Part shown: positions 44,186-54,500 of the stretch, one piece after another
Numbering within the stretch: position 1 is the stretch's first letter
Layout of the letters: every line of letters begins with the position of its first letter
From: an uncultured Candidatus Saccharibacteria bacterium
Lineage (GTDB): Bacteria > Patescibacteriota > Minisyncoccia > Phycocordibacterales > JAKFXT01
Reading direction: 5' to 3'
Assembly: GCA_964541455.1 (NCBI GenBank)
Contig: CAZIPS010000005.1
Span: 1-59,468 of the forward strand
DNA length: 59,468 nt
The notes under the pieces: generated by a model
The model's database searches: none
Told to the model about the DNA's origin: nothing
The model's input: the letters and a program-made list of their open reading frames with translations, nothing else
Translations under genes and position numbers: made by a program

Positions 44186-46273
44186 CTATACCGCCGACAC
44201 CTCAAGTCGCTCGATATCCCATATCTCTCTTCCAATCTTATCTTCAATGTCTTTAAGATCACGACGCAACTCCTCTTCACGACTTCGCTCTTCCTGTGTA
44301 GGATCCTTACTTACGCGATCGCGCTTAAGCATTTCAATTTCACGTTCGATATCACGGCGAAGCACGGCAAAACCCCTTCGTAATGCCTCTTGGGCTTCGT
44401 TTACTTCTTTGAGTACTACCTTATGCTTACGCTTAGCCCGCACGGCATGATAGAGCATGAGGATAAGGAGTCCTACCACAACGAGCACCAGTATAGAGAC
44501 TACTGCAAGATAGAGGGACTCATAACTCACACGTGTCACCCCAAAGACAATCGCCGCACGAGCCACATTCATCTCTATTTGTGAGGATGGAGGACTGCTT
44601 ATGTCTCCAAGCCTTGCCTGAGTCCAAAGAATATATTTTCCAGGAGAGAGGAACGTATTATGTCTATAGAACCATTCCCCTTTCTTATCTGATGTCACCT
44701 CGTAGCTAGTTGTCTCACCTGTTGAAATATTTTGAGAGAAGATAGTGACTGCAGTGTCTTTATTTTCTGTTTTCCCGCCAATATAGAAGATTTCATTATT
44801 TGAAACATTTTTAGAAATAGTGGTGACATAGGGAGGGGCAAGTTCTACTGTCCCCGCCTTATCATCTGCCGCATACACCCTACCTCCTGCCACAAGCGAA
44901 AGTAGAGAAAGACCAACAAAAGCAAAAGCGATTGCTACTGTACCGTACTTACTCTTATAACGTTTAAGCTCCTCAAGTTGTGAACGAATCTGGTCAGGTA
45001 GTTCTCTTGTTGCGCGTTTTGCTTCAAGTGTGTCGTGTTTGCGCTTGTAATGCATAACGCCATACACAAGAAGTGCAATAAGAAGAAGGAGGAGGATAAT
45101 AGAAAGTGCCCAAGGAATCGCGAAGCTTCCAATAATCAGCCCATCTTCACTCGTAAACCCGACAACCGCATCTGAAATATTAAGTCTTTTGATAACCTCT
45201 TGATAATTCCCCGCCTTATCATAGGCACGCACAAATACATCATATACCCCAGGATCAAGCCTTTGCGAAACATAGGGACTTTCTACTTCTATAAAAAGTG
45301 ACTGATTCCCCTTCTCTTCACTTGTATTTGGTTTAAGATTTACAATTTTTAACTCATAATGATCAACACCTGAGCTTTCATCAGTAGTACTAAATTTAAT
45401 AATCGGCTCACGAACGCTTGTACGTGCTGCTGGTAAAATAGCGATTGGAAAAAGCGCTGGGGGGGTCGTGTCTATATTAATCGCAAAATGTGTAACGCCC
45501 CCCCATGCACCATCACGGAATGATTTAATATGAAAATAATACCTTCCATCGGGAATATTTTTTTGAATAATTTGAGATCGTTTCCCTTCTCCCACATCAT
45601 CAGGTAGCGCCACAGGATCCGTATTAAAAATATAACTAAAATTTTGTACAAGTTCACTTGTCCCCCAACTCAAAATAGCAGAGGAGTTTGTATACCATAA
45701 ACTTTGATTCGGATGTGTCTCTGAAACAACAATTGGCCCAGCTGGTGGAGGAAGAGTCAGTAAATAAAGGGCGGTATCCTGATGACTCAAATCATTTGTC
45801 CCCTGCCCATCATTTAAAAGTATTTTCGAATTATCACTTGAAAAGCGAACAATCGCATTCCCAACTGACTTAACACGAAAAGTAAGTGTTGCAACGAGTG
45901 CGTTATTCACGTTTATACCCTTAGGGATTCCGCCCTGTAAACGCACTTCGCCTGTGGCATTATTAAACTTTGGCTGGCTTGTCCAAACAGAAATAATTGA
46001 AAGATTAGTCTTTGGGGAAACCAACTGAATCCTATCGGGCGGAAAGCGTAAATCAACATCAAGTGCATTCACCGACTTTCCCTCTGTATCAAGCAATATT
46101 TGTACATCAAAAGTGCTTCCTACTGTAAAAGCCCCTGAAGTTGGGCTCAGGATAAGTGCTCCCGCACTGACAGAGGATGCAAAACTAAAAAACAAAAATA
46201 ACCCTCCTAAAAGAGAAAAAATAAACTGACGAAATGTACTATGAGCTTTGGGGTGATTATTAGTAGGAATCAT
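44186..46273 (-). CDS. Cohesin-domain surface protein with three TM segments and a charged coiled-coil tail
   Basis: Signal/anchor sequence. Cohesin-like module LILSPTSGAFTVGSTFDVQILLDTEGKSVNALDVDLRFPPDRIQLVS...VATLTFRVKSVGNAIVRF. Ig-like modules with an SGVDHYEL motif. TM helices. ATG at 46273 is preferred over GTG at 46315. Confidence 0.65.
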   Translation of the reverse strand: MIPTNNHPKAHSTFRQFIFSLLGGLFLFFSFASSVSAGALILSPTSGAFTVGSTFDVQILLDTEGKSVNALDVDLRFPPDRIQLVSPKTNLSIISVWTSQPKFNNATGEVRLQGGIPKGINVNNALVATLTFRVKSVGNAIVRFSSDNSKILLNDGQGTNDLSHQDTALYLLTLPPPAGPIVVSETHPNQSLWYTNSSAILSWGTSELVQNFSYIFNTDPVALPDDVGEGKRSQIIQKNIPDGRYYFHIKSFRDGAWGGVTHFAINIDTTPPALFPIAILPAARTSVREPIIKFSTTDESSGVDHYELKIVNLKPNTSEEKGNQSLFIEVESPYVSQRLDPGVYDVFVRAYDKAGNYQEVIKRLNISDAVVGFTSEDGLIIGSFAIPWALSIILLLLLIALLVYGVMHYKRKHDTLEAKRATRELPDQIRSQLEELKRYKSKYGTVAIAFAFVGLSLLSLVAGGRVYAADDKAGTVELAPPYVTTISKNVSNNEIFYIGGKTENKDTAVTIFSQNISTGETTSYEVTSDKKGEWFYRHNTFLSPGKYILWTQARLGDISSPPSSQIEMNVARAAIVFGVTRVSYESLYLAVVSILVLVVVGLLILMLYHAVRAKRKHKVVLKEVNEAQEALRRGFAVLRRDIEREIEMLKRDRVSKDPTQEERSREEELRRDLKDIEDKIGREIWDIERLEVSAV

Positions 46274-47201
46274 GACTTGTCCCCTGCCTTCGGTGATAGA
46301 AAAAGAACAATACACCGAATACGGATACTATCAGTATACCTAATGTAAGAAGATAACTGAACCAACTATTTACTTTCTGTGGTGATAAGTCAGCACGCGT
46401 TTCCAATTCCTTTATACTGCTATTACCATTTCGATCAACCACCTTAAGATAAACATACGACTTTAATGTCTGATCCATAAGCAAGGCAGGGCTTGTAACT
46501 ACCTTCCAAGAAAAAGCTTCATTTTCTTTACCAGAAGGTATTTTTGTCGAGGTTTCAAGTAGTTCGAAATGATCCACCCCACTCTCAGCATCCTTTGCTG
46601 CAAAAACTATAAAATAAGCCCCCTCAAACATCGCCTCATTTTGTGCGATATCTAGTCGCGTGATTTGAGGGGGAACATTGTCGTTTGGAAGAATTGCTTC
46701 ACTTGTAACTCCATCCTTTTTTGCCAAAATTGGTAACTCAACTGGGGCAAGAATTACAGGAGTTGCTTTACCATCATTTTTATAAGCTATCCCAGTTCCC
46801 GCAACATGGGTTCCCCCCTCTTTGTGTGCGGTGAACACTACCGTCACCACCTCCCCTCCAGTAACTACCCCACGTGGAATAATTCCAGAAAAGAGAAGCG
46901 ACCCTTTTTGGGCTTTAGTATCTTTAAGATCAACACTTTTTACCCATGTTGAAATAATTGAAGACCCATCAAGTACTGAAGTGGGGGTCAAATATTCAGG
47001 ATCAAAGGTTAATGAGCCTTCAAGCGCATTAACAGCAGTTCCATCTTGAACAAGCATAAGGCGCACAGGGACCTTCATACCTACAGAAACTTCCAAGGTA
47101 CTTTTTTCAAACTGAAGCGAAGTAGCAAAAAGCAAATGCGGAAAAAACACTACAAAAACTAAAAAGAGTGCGGGTACTTTTTTAAAAAATAGTTTAATCA
47201 T
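46260..47201 (-). CDS. Cohesin-domain surface protein with a C-terminal TM anchor (paralogue of 44186-46273)
   Basis: Signal peptide. Cohesin-like SLQFEKSTLEVSVGMKVPVRLMLVQDGTAVNALEGSLTFDPEYLTPTS...VVTVVFTAHKEGGTHV. SGVDHFEL module. C-terminal TM helix. Confidence 0.65.
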   Translation of the reverse strand: MIKLFFKKVPALFLVFVVFFPHLLFATSLQFEKSTLEVSVGMKVPVRLMLVQDGTAVNALEGSLTFDPEYLTPTSVLDGSSIISTWVKSVDLKDTKAQKGSLLFSGIIPRGVVTGGEVVTVVFTAHKEGGTHVAGTGIAYKNDGKATPVILAPVELPILAKKDGVTSEAILPNDNVPPQITRLDIAQNEAMFEGAYFIVFAAKDAESGVDHFELLETSTKIPSGKENEAFSWKVVTSPALLMDQTLKSYVYLKVVDRNGNSSIKELETRADLSPQKVNSWFSYLLTLGILIVSVFGVLFFFYHRRQGTSHDSY

Positions 47202-47203
47202 AC

Positions 47204-48001
47204 TTACTTAAGCGGCTTTTCATGCCAGTAATACGCCATAATACTAAAATCATAGATATCAACCTTTCCATCTCGACTTAAATCAACACGCAATGGTGGA
47301 TCACGTTTATCAAACCAATAATACATGATGGAGAAGTCAACAATATCAACATACCCATCACAGTTTAAATCTGCCATCTCCTTGCATTCCAAAAGAGGTT
47401 TGGTAAGTGGAGGAATATATGAAATTGGTGGACCACCCCCACCCCCACTACTACTTGGAGGAGTCGTTGTAGTACTTCCAAGGGGGGTCGCCGTTATCTC
47501 ACTTGAAGTTGCAATATAATTACCAAAAAAATCTTCTGTACGTACTACAAAATAATAAGGTGTCCCATTTGTAAGACTTCCCATCGTCGTACTTAACACA
47601 TTCCCCACACTACTGTAAGTATAGGGCCCCCCCGCAGTAAGCGATTTGCCAATGGTGTATCCCCCAACGGTCCAACCCAAAAAACCAGAACTCCCTGTCC
47701 AAGAAAGTGCTACCGTTGTATCACCAGGAGTACCAGAAAGCGTCCCTGTCGTGACAAGAGGAAAATACAAAAACCCAGCCTTCACTTCGAAATTCGTAGC
47801 GGCGCTCTCTCCACTTGAAGGCTGCGCTAGAACTCCTTGAAGCTGATAATTTGCAGAAGAGGCGTATGATGCAGGGGCAATTACTGGATCTTGCACTTGA
47901 AAACTTGAGCCCGTATAGTCGTCAGCTAAAACGGCTAGTGGTCCCCCCACTCCCGTAAGGAGCAATAAAATAACTATAGCCTTAAGGGTCTTGGTGAACA
48001 T
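47204..48001 (-). CDS. Secreted FN3-domain protein with a C-terminal dockerin-type duplicated Ca-binding repeat
   Basis: Signal peptide. FN3-like region (ALSWTGSS...TPYYFVVRTEDFFGN). Gly/Ser/Pro linker. DLNCDGYVDIVDFSIM...DLSRDGKVDIYDFSIM are two dockerin EF-hand-like segments. Confidence 0.7.
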   Translation of the reverse strand: MFTKTLKAIVILLLLTGVGGPLAVLADDYTGSSFQVQDPVIAPASYASSANYQLQGVLAQPSSGESAATNFEVKAGFLYFPLVTTGTLSGTPGDTTVALSWTGSSGFLGWTVGGYTIGKSLTAGGPYTYSSVGNVLSTTMGSLTNGTPYYFVVRTEDFFGNYIATSSEITATPLGSTTTTPPSSSGGGGGPPISYIPPLTKPLLECKEMADLNCDGYVDIVDFSIMYYWFDKRDPPLRVDLSRDGKVDIYDFSIMAYYWHEKPLK

Positions 48002-48012
48002 TTAGGACTTTA

Positions 48013-48489
48013 TTAATTACTGGCAGGTGCATTGTTGACATTAAATGGAGAAACCTCGAGTATTTTATCTTGCTTCACACTATAGAGTATTGCCTTACCA
48101 CTCTTACTGTAAAGAAGCACTTTATCCCCTTTTTGGGCCTTAGCGAAAAAAGCCTGGTCTTTAAGCTTATCCGGATCTGAAACCGTTGCCAATGTTGGTT
48201 GTTCATCATCTGGAAGCACCATAAGTCGACTTACCTGTTTGACCGCTGCCTGTAGTTCCTTAAGTGCCTGCGCTTGTGGGTCCTTATTAGCATTAGCTTT
48301 TTGATAAAAGTAAAACGAAGAACCACCTGCCAAAAAGAGTAACACTACAAGCACCGTCGTCATTGGTGATTTTTTAAACAAATAACGCAAAGTTACTTTT
48401 ATTCTCCCCCAAAAACCAATGGTTTTCTCTTGAGGTGTAGTTACAAAAGAGGTAGACGTTTTTTGAATTTCAGGTTGTAGTGGAGGCAT
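48013..48489 (-). CDS. Hypothetical single-TM protein
   Basis: 158-aa ORF with one TM helix (TTVLVVLLFLAGGSSFYFY), lying between the giant gene and the dockerin gene. Confidence 0.5.
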   Translation of the reverse strand: MPPLQPEIQKTSTSFVTTPQEKTIGFWGRIKVTLRYLFKKSPMTTVLVVLLFLAGGSSFYFYQKANANKDPQAQALKELQAAVKQVSRLMVLPDDEQPTLATVSDPDKLKDQAFFAKAQKGDKVLLYSKSGKAILYSVKQDKILEVSPFNVNNAPASN

Positions 48490-48555
48490 AGGTGTATCTA
48501 TTACTAATAACTATAGGCGTAGTATAGCAAAGAGTAGCTATCGAATCTAATAAGA

Positions 48556-51500
48556 TTATTGTGCGGTACTTTCTTGTTGAACGGGGGGATTTCCTTCAGT
48601 AGTTTGAGGGGGTGTTGGGGTCACTCCTCCATCCACAATTGAAGGACTTGGTGGAGCTGTCGCTTGAGAAGACCCACTGTCTACACTCCCTGTGATTACT
48701 GTCGCTGAAGACGACGCCTCATTAGGGGGACTTGAAGTACTGCTTACTGGTGCTGAGGGAGTAGTAGTTGAAACATCGGCTGCAGGCGGCGCTGGAGCGG
48801 TATCATCCTCTTCGTATGCATTATTTCGCTCGGTGAACACTTTTGCATCTTTAACTGCAAGCGCTACCCAGCTAAAGCGGATGTCCTCTGGGGCCTTCGC
48901 ATTAATTCGAATAGTAAACCCATGTACACTCTTATTTGAAATAATGTAGCGCACATCACCCTTGAGAATTGCATCTCCCGTACTTGTTGCGTCGGTATCT
49001 TCAAGGCTTATGGAAGCATTTACAATCGGCGTATCAGTGTAATCCCTATCAAAGGCGACATAGACACTCTTGCTGCCCTTAGGAATAACTGCGAACCCTC
49101 CAGTATCTTTCGTGAAATATGGACGTCCAATAAAGAGTGTGTCGCTCATAAATGCAGTGGTAGTCCCTATACTTGATATGGTGTCAACACTAAGTCCCCC
49201 ATTAAAGACAGTGCTTCCTCCAACAGAAAGACCGCTACTTAATGTGAACGTCTCAATAGTTGTCGTTGCGCTACTTGTACCAACAGTAGTTGCCACATCG
49301 GTATGACTAAATGCATTAAGGAGATTTGCGAGAAGTGCGGTATGAGCAGGAGTTAGATTTCGTGCAGTAACGTCCCCCCCAAAGGCGATATTACCGAGCG
49401 CGTCAATAGTGAGCGCAGGTATATCATCACCATTTCCACTAAGTGTAGCAATCGCTGAAGTAGTACCTACACCCAAAGTATTCTCTGTTGAAGTCCCTGT
49501 GGTTGAGGCGATAGCAAGGAGAGTACTTGATGAAGTAGCAAAAGTTTTGTTGATTAAACTAATTTCAAGCTTACCATCAGCCCCAACGCGCACTGTGTAA
49601 TTACCAAGAGTAAGACTGTTTGTTGCAAGGTTCTGAGTGGTAATATTCTTAGCCTTAAGAGTATCTACATCAAGCGTAAGACCAGTAATATGTCCGGCCT
49701 CAACGTTTTCGGCACTCAAAAGTCCTGTCACAATTTCTGGAGCGATAATTTGTGACACCGCGCTCACACGATCAGTGAAAAGCTCTGATTGTGCTGCAAC
49801 TCCTTTATTTCGAGAGTCACGTAACTCAGTTAAGAAAGCAAGTACTGCGTCAGCCTTACGGTTTTGTGTCACCATAAAAGTAGATGAGGTTGCCATAGTA
49901 AGTGGCGAAGCCTCACTGCTTGTAGCAATATCAAGCCCTGTTGAAGACTCGAGTGATGCGAGGGCTGCCTTTCGATCATTCCAATCAGCCATCACTGTAT
50001 CAACATTTGCACCATTGTAATCAATCAAGTTCACAAACATCATAATGGTGGTGCATTGACGTCCGGGAATGAAGAAATCACTTTGTGGACAATCAACGAG
50101 AGTTTTTGGATCAATCGTTTCAAGTGCCTTACCAATCACACGACCAGAAAGAGAAGCTTTCATCGCATACCCAGGGACTGAAGCGGCAGTTAGGAAATCT
50201 CCTGCACGAATCATGCCATTTTCAGTTGAAACCCTTACAGGAACACGTCCAACAAGTGCAACAGGGAATGAATTTTTGGTATAGGCACCAGTAACAAACC
50301 CAGGGTCAGTTGAAACGACTCCAAGTACATCTGGCTGATACTGATACTTTGTTCTAAGCACTCCATGGTTGTATTTTGGATCAAGTGACACCACTTCACC
50401 GTTTTCAAGGTTTTGATCAGAAGTATAACGTTCTGCCAAGTCAGCGCCCGATGTGTTAATCGTTGAGCCAGATGCACCGTATATGTCTCCCGAAGAGGAG
50501 ACGCGGAACACTGAGATACCGTCTGACTGAAGATCGATAAGGTTAGTGTCTTTGGTTACCGCAACTTCAGTTAATGTTGGGGTTACTAATGTACGCTGTG
50601 GGTACACTGGAGTAGGTCCATTACCCATCCACACATCTTCTTGTATACCTCCATAACTTGGGAAGGCGCGTTTCAAATGGAAAGTAACTTGGAGCCATGT
50701 CTCACCTGTTCCGGGGTTTATCTTTGCTCCCGGGCGCTCTAGTGTTCGAGTGGTAGCTGTGGCAAGACCAGTCATAGTAGCTGCCGTGCGGATTTCAGCA
50801 GAAACCGCATCAAAAGTTCCCCCCTTAGTCTTCCATGTGAGCACAGAAGCACTATCAAGATCAGGAATATTTATTTCTTCTGTCGTGTACTTACCATAGG
50901 ATGCCCAACCACCATCATACTCATAAACAGAGGTAGAAGAAGCAGTGGAAGAAGCTGCACCACCTAGGAGCACGAATTTACCATTATCAAGCTGGAAAGC
51001 TGTCGCACCAGGACCGATGTTGTTGTAGTTGTTAGTTACAGGAGATCCTGCGGTTGTAATACCAAGTCCTGTTGAAGGTGCAGTGTTCGTAGTTCTTGAA
51101 ACCCAAGCACCGATTGCGCCGTTCACTCCAGGACCAGCAAGGTTAGTAGTATACGCACCTTCATTTTCAAGATAATGCTGGTAACGTGCTGTTGAAGTCG
51201 CACCAGCCCATACAGCAGTCCACGTTCCATCTGGTCGTGGCATTACAACATTACTTTCAAAACGAAGGTTACTGCTTGGGATGGCGATAGTTGGACCGAC
51301 GATCGGCTTTGGGTCATTAGTGGCTGTCCAAAGAGTTGTAGTGTTACGAGCTGCACAGGCAACGGTCACGCTTGTTCCTGTTGGTTGGTTAGCCTGAACT
51401 TCGAGCCACGTACCATCACTTCGCTGGAAAACGATGGTTCCTGGACCACTCGCAACAGCTGAAACACCAGTTGCTGTACGGAAGGTCATTTGGAATGGAT

Positions 51501-54500
51501 CAAAATACATCATTGTAGTAACCGCAGTACAAGCTTCACTTGCAACACCTGGATGGACTAGATAAGTACCGTTTGGAAGTGGAAGCGCAAAGGAGCCAGA
51601 ACCAATAACAACTGCATTGGTGTTAGGACCTGCCATCATTGTTTCCGTAAATGGATCATATATTGAAGTAGTGGTAGTAAAGTTGCCATGGAGAATGAGT
51701 ACACGGCCGTTTGGAAGTGGTATAGCCATTGCGCCACGGCCTGAATTACCAGTAAGATTTGGTCCCGTACTAAAGGTATTTGCAACTGGATCAAAAATAA
51801 CTGTAGTTGAAGTGGCACCACTTCCTGCAGTGTTCACTGCATTTGCAAGAGTAATCAAGAACTTACCATCAGGACGCTTGAAAGCTAGTGCACCAATACC
51901 AATGTTCACATTGATTCCGTAGGCAGCTGGTACTGTTCCAAGGTTAGTAATACTTTTAGTATCAGGATCATACACTTGCGCATTCGGAGAAGAGGTTGCA
52001 CCTGCGATAATCACAAATTTGCCATCAGGACGCTTCATCACAATTGAAGATGAGGCAATACCTGTTAAGAGTGAAGTCGTTGTCGCAAAAGCGCCATCAA
52101 AGAGCTGTGTACCGCTCCCTGAGGTTGTATTTTGAGTTCTAAAGTACTCATTATTTGCATTTTGCTGCAAGTTAAGTGCCACTGTTCCATCTGTTCTGTT
52201 ATTCACATTAAGTGTTGCACCAGACGGTGAAGTTGAAGCATTTCCAAAAGTGAAAGTTGTGCGCTTATAGAGGTTATTGTTATTAACCGCCAAATATTGA
52301 AGCACGGGGTCAAGCACATTTCTTTGATATCGAGTAATACCAGACTTTCTCATCCCCCACTCTTGATCAAGGAAGTAAGGAAGTGCACGCTTCAAGGTCA
52401 CACGCACCTGTACACGGTTTTGTGTGGTAATCGTTGGATCAATAAGGTCCCCACTCTTTGCAATCGACTTATAAGATCCGCTACATGATCCTGTTCCAGT
52501 TTTGACTTCAAATGTTACTACCCCCTCACCACCTATATCCCACGTAAGTGTTGAATTAGGATTAAGACCAGTTGCAACCATACAATCGGTTTCATATTGC
52601 CCTGCCAAACTTCCAGTAGTTGAAGCACCTCCAACAATAAAGCCCATATCATAGAGATCCACAGCGGTTGAATTACCACCACGGGTGATGGCATAAGTAC
52701 CATCAGGACGAAGAAACGCGATAGATGTAGAGGCGAGCGCATTTGCAAGTGTTGGCCCCGTAGTAAATCCTGCTGCGTTTGTTGCATTCGCTGGGTCAAT
52801 GATAGTCGTTGCGGTTTGGCCAGAACTTCGGATCAAAAGATATGTTCCATCCTGGCGCCAGACTGATTGAGCACCATCACCCAAAGCTGTTGCCGGACCA
52901 ACAGAGAGGCTAGTAAATGTTCCTACTCCGGAGTTAGTAGTTGAAGCAGTAGTCGCTGGGTTATAGAGTGTCGAAGCATTAGCATCACCAGAAAGGATAA
53001 GGAATGTTCCATCACGAAGCTGTATTGAAAACGCACCGCTCTTTATTGTTGGGCCGTTCGTTGGAGTAATTGCACTACTGTTCGCTCCTGTTCCTGTTGT
53101 TCCATAGTTTTGAGAATAAAGGAATGCTGTAGTTGAGTTACCACCTGCAAAAATGAGGAAGGAGCCATCAGGACGACGAATGGCGTGCGCACCAGAGCGA
53201 ATAGTTGCAGGTGAAGTTGGTCCTGCCGCTGACGTTCGAAGCCCTGGATCATAAATTGCTGTACCAGTTGACCCTCCACAATACACAATATACTTACCAT
53301 CATCCCTTTGTACTGCAAATGTTCCATCGGCTGCGGTACATGAAAGGGTTGGTCCAGCAGTTACAGCAGTGTTTCCATATGGGTCATAAATAGATGTCTG
53401 CGTAGTTGAACCAGCATGTATCAAAAGATATCTTCCATCAGGTTGGCGGAGTGAAATCGCTCCACCCCCCACACCCTGTGCTCCAGTTGCTGCAGTATAA
53501 CTTCCCATATTACCGCTATTACCATTCCAAATAGACGCAGTGAAAGTACCACCACCATGAATAATCATGTATCCACCATCGTCGCGAAGAACAACATGGC
53601 TTCCTGAGTTTATAGCAACGGCAGTAGTTGTCGCTGCAGGACTTGAAGCAACACCGAGATTACTATTCATAATAGTTCCACGAGAAAGTATCACGTCACT
53701 ACCGCTTGTTGCAGTATTAGTAAATACTGCACCGGTGTAGTTAAAATCTGTAGTCTGACCAGTTGAAACAGTGCTCTTCACCACATCACTTGTTGCCCCT
53801 GTAATAGTAAGACCTCCGCCGTTTGCAAAGACTGCTTTATCAACCCCACCTGTCTGCAAGTGAAGGATATCTCCCGCCCCACGCTGATCAAGTACTGCTA
53901 CGGGGTTAGCTGAGGTAGAAGAGGCGCCAAAAGTTACCCAAGGAGTAGTTGATCCGACTCCCAAACGTTTGTTAGTGCTGTCCCAATTAAAATTCGTAGC
54001 ATCTCCACTAAAGTTTACCCCGTCATCAGTAAACTGTATTGCTTTAGCTGTCCCTCCTGGGGTCCCTCCTCCAGCTCCTGCGTCTGCACCACACTGAACA
54101 TTTCCATTGCTATCAGTCTCAAGAACAAATGTTCCATTACATCCTGTAAGCGTTGAGAGGGTCATACCCTGACTTGCCACGCGGATCCCGGTGAAGGTTG
54201 AAGTTCCGTTGGTTGTATTTAGCTGTGCAGCACTGATACCACCGTTAAAGGAGGAAGTAGCTTGTGAATTAATTAGAAGTGCGCCTGTTGTTGCGATAGT
54301 CATTAAGGTAGTAGTAGCATTTAGGGCATCACTACTAGTTCCAAAGTAGAAGTTGCCATTAGCGAAACGGATGATACCGTGTTTTGCATTCGTCCCCCCA
54401 TTTGGATCAGTAAGGGCCAACTGTGGAACAGTAGAAGAAGCAAGTTGAAGGAGCCAATTTGGAGTAGTAGTGCCGATACCAATTGCACCTGATGGCTTGA

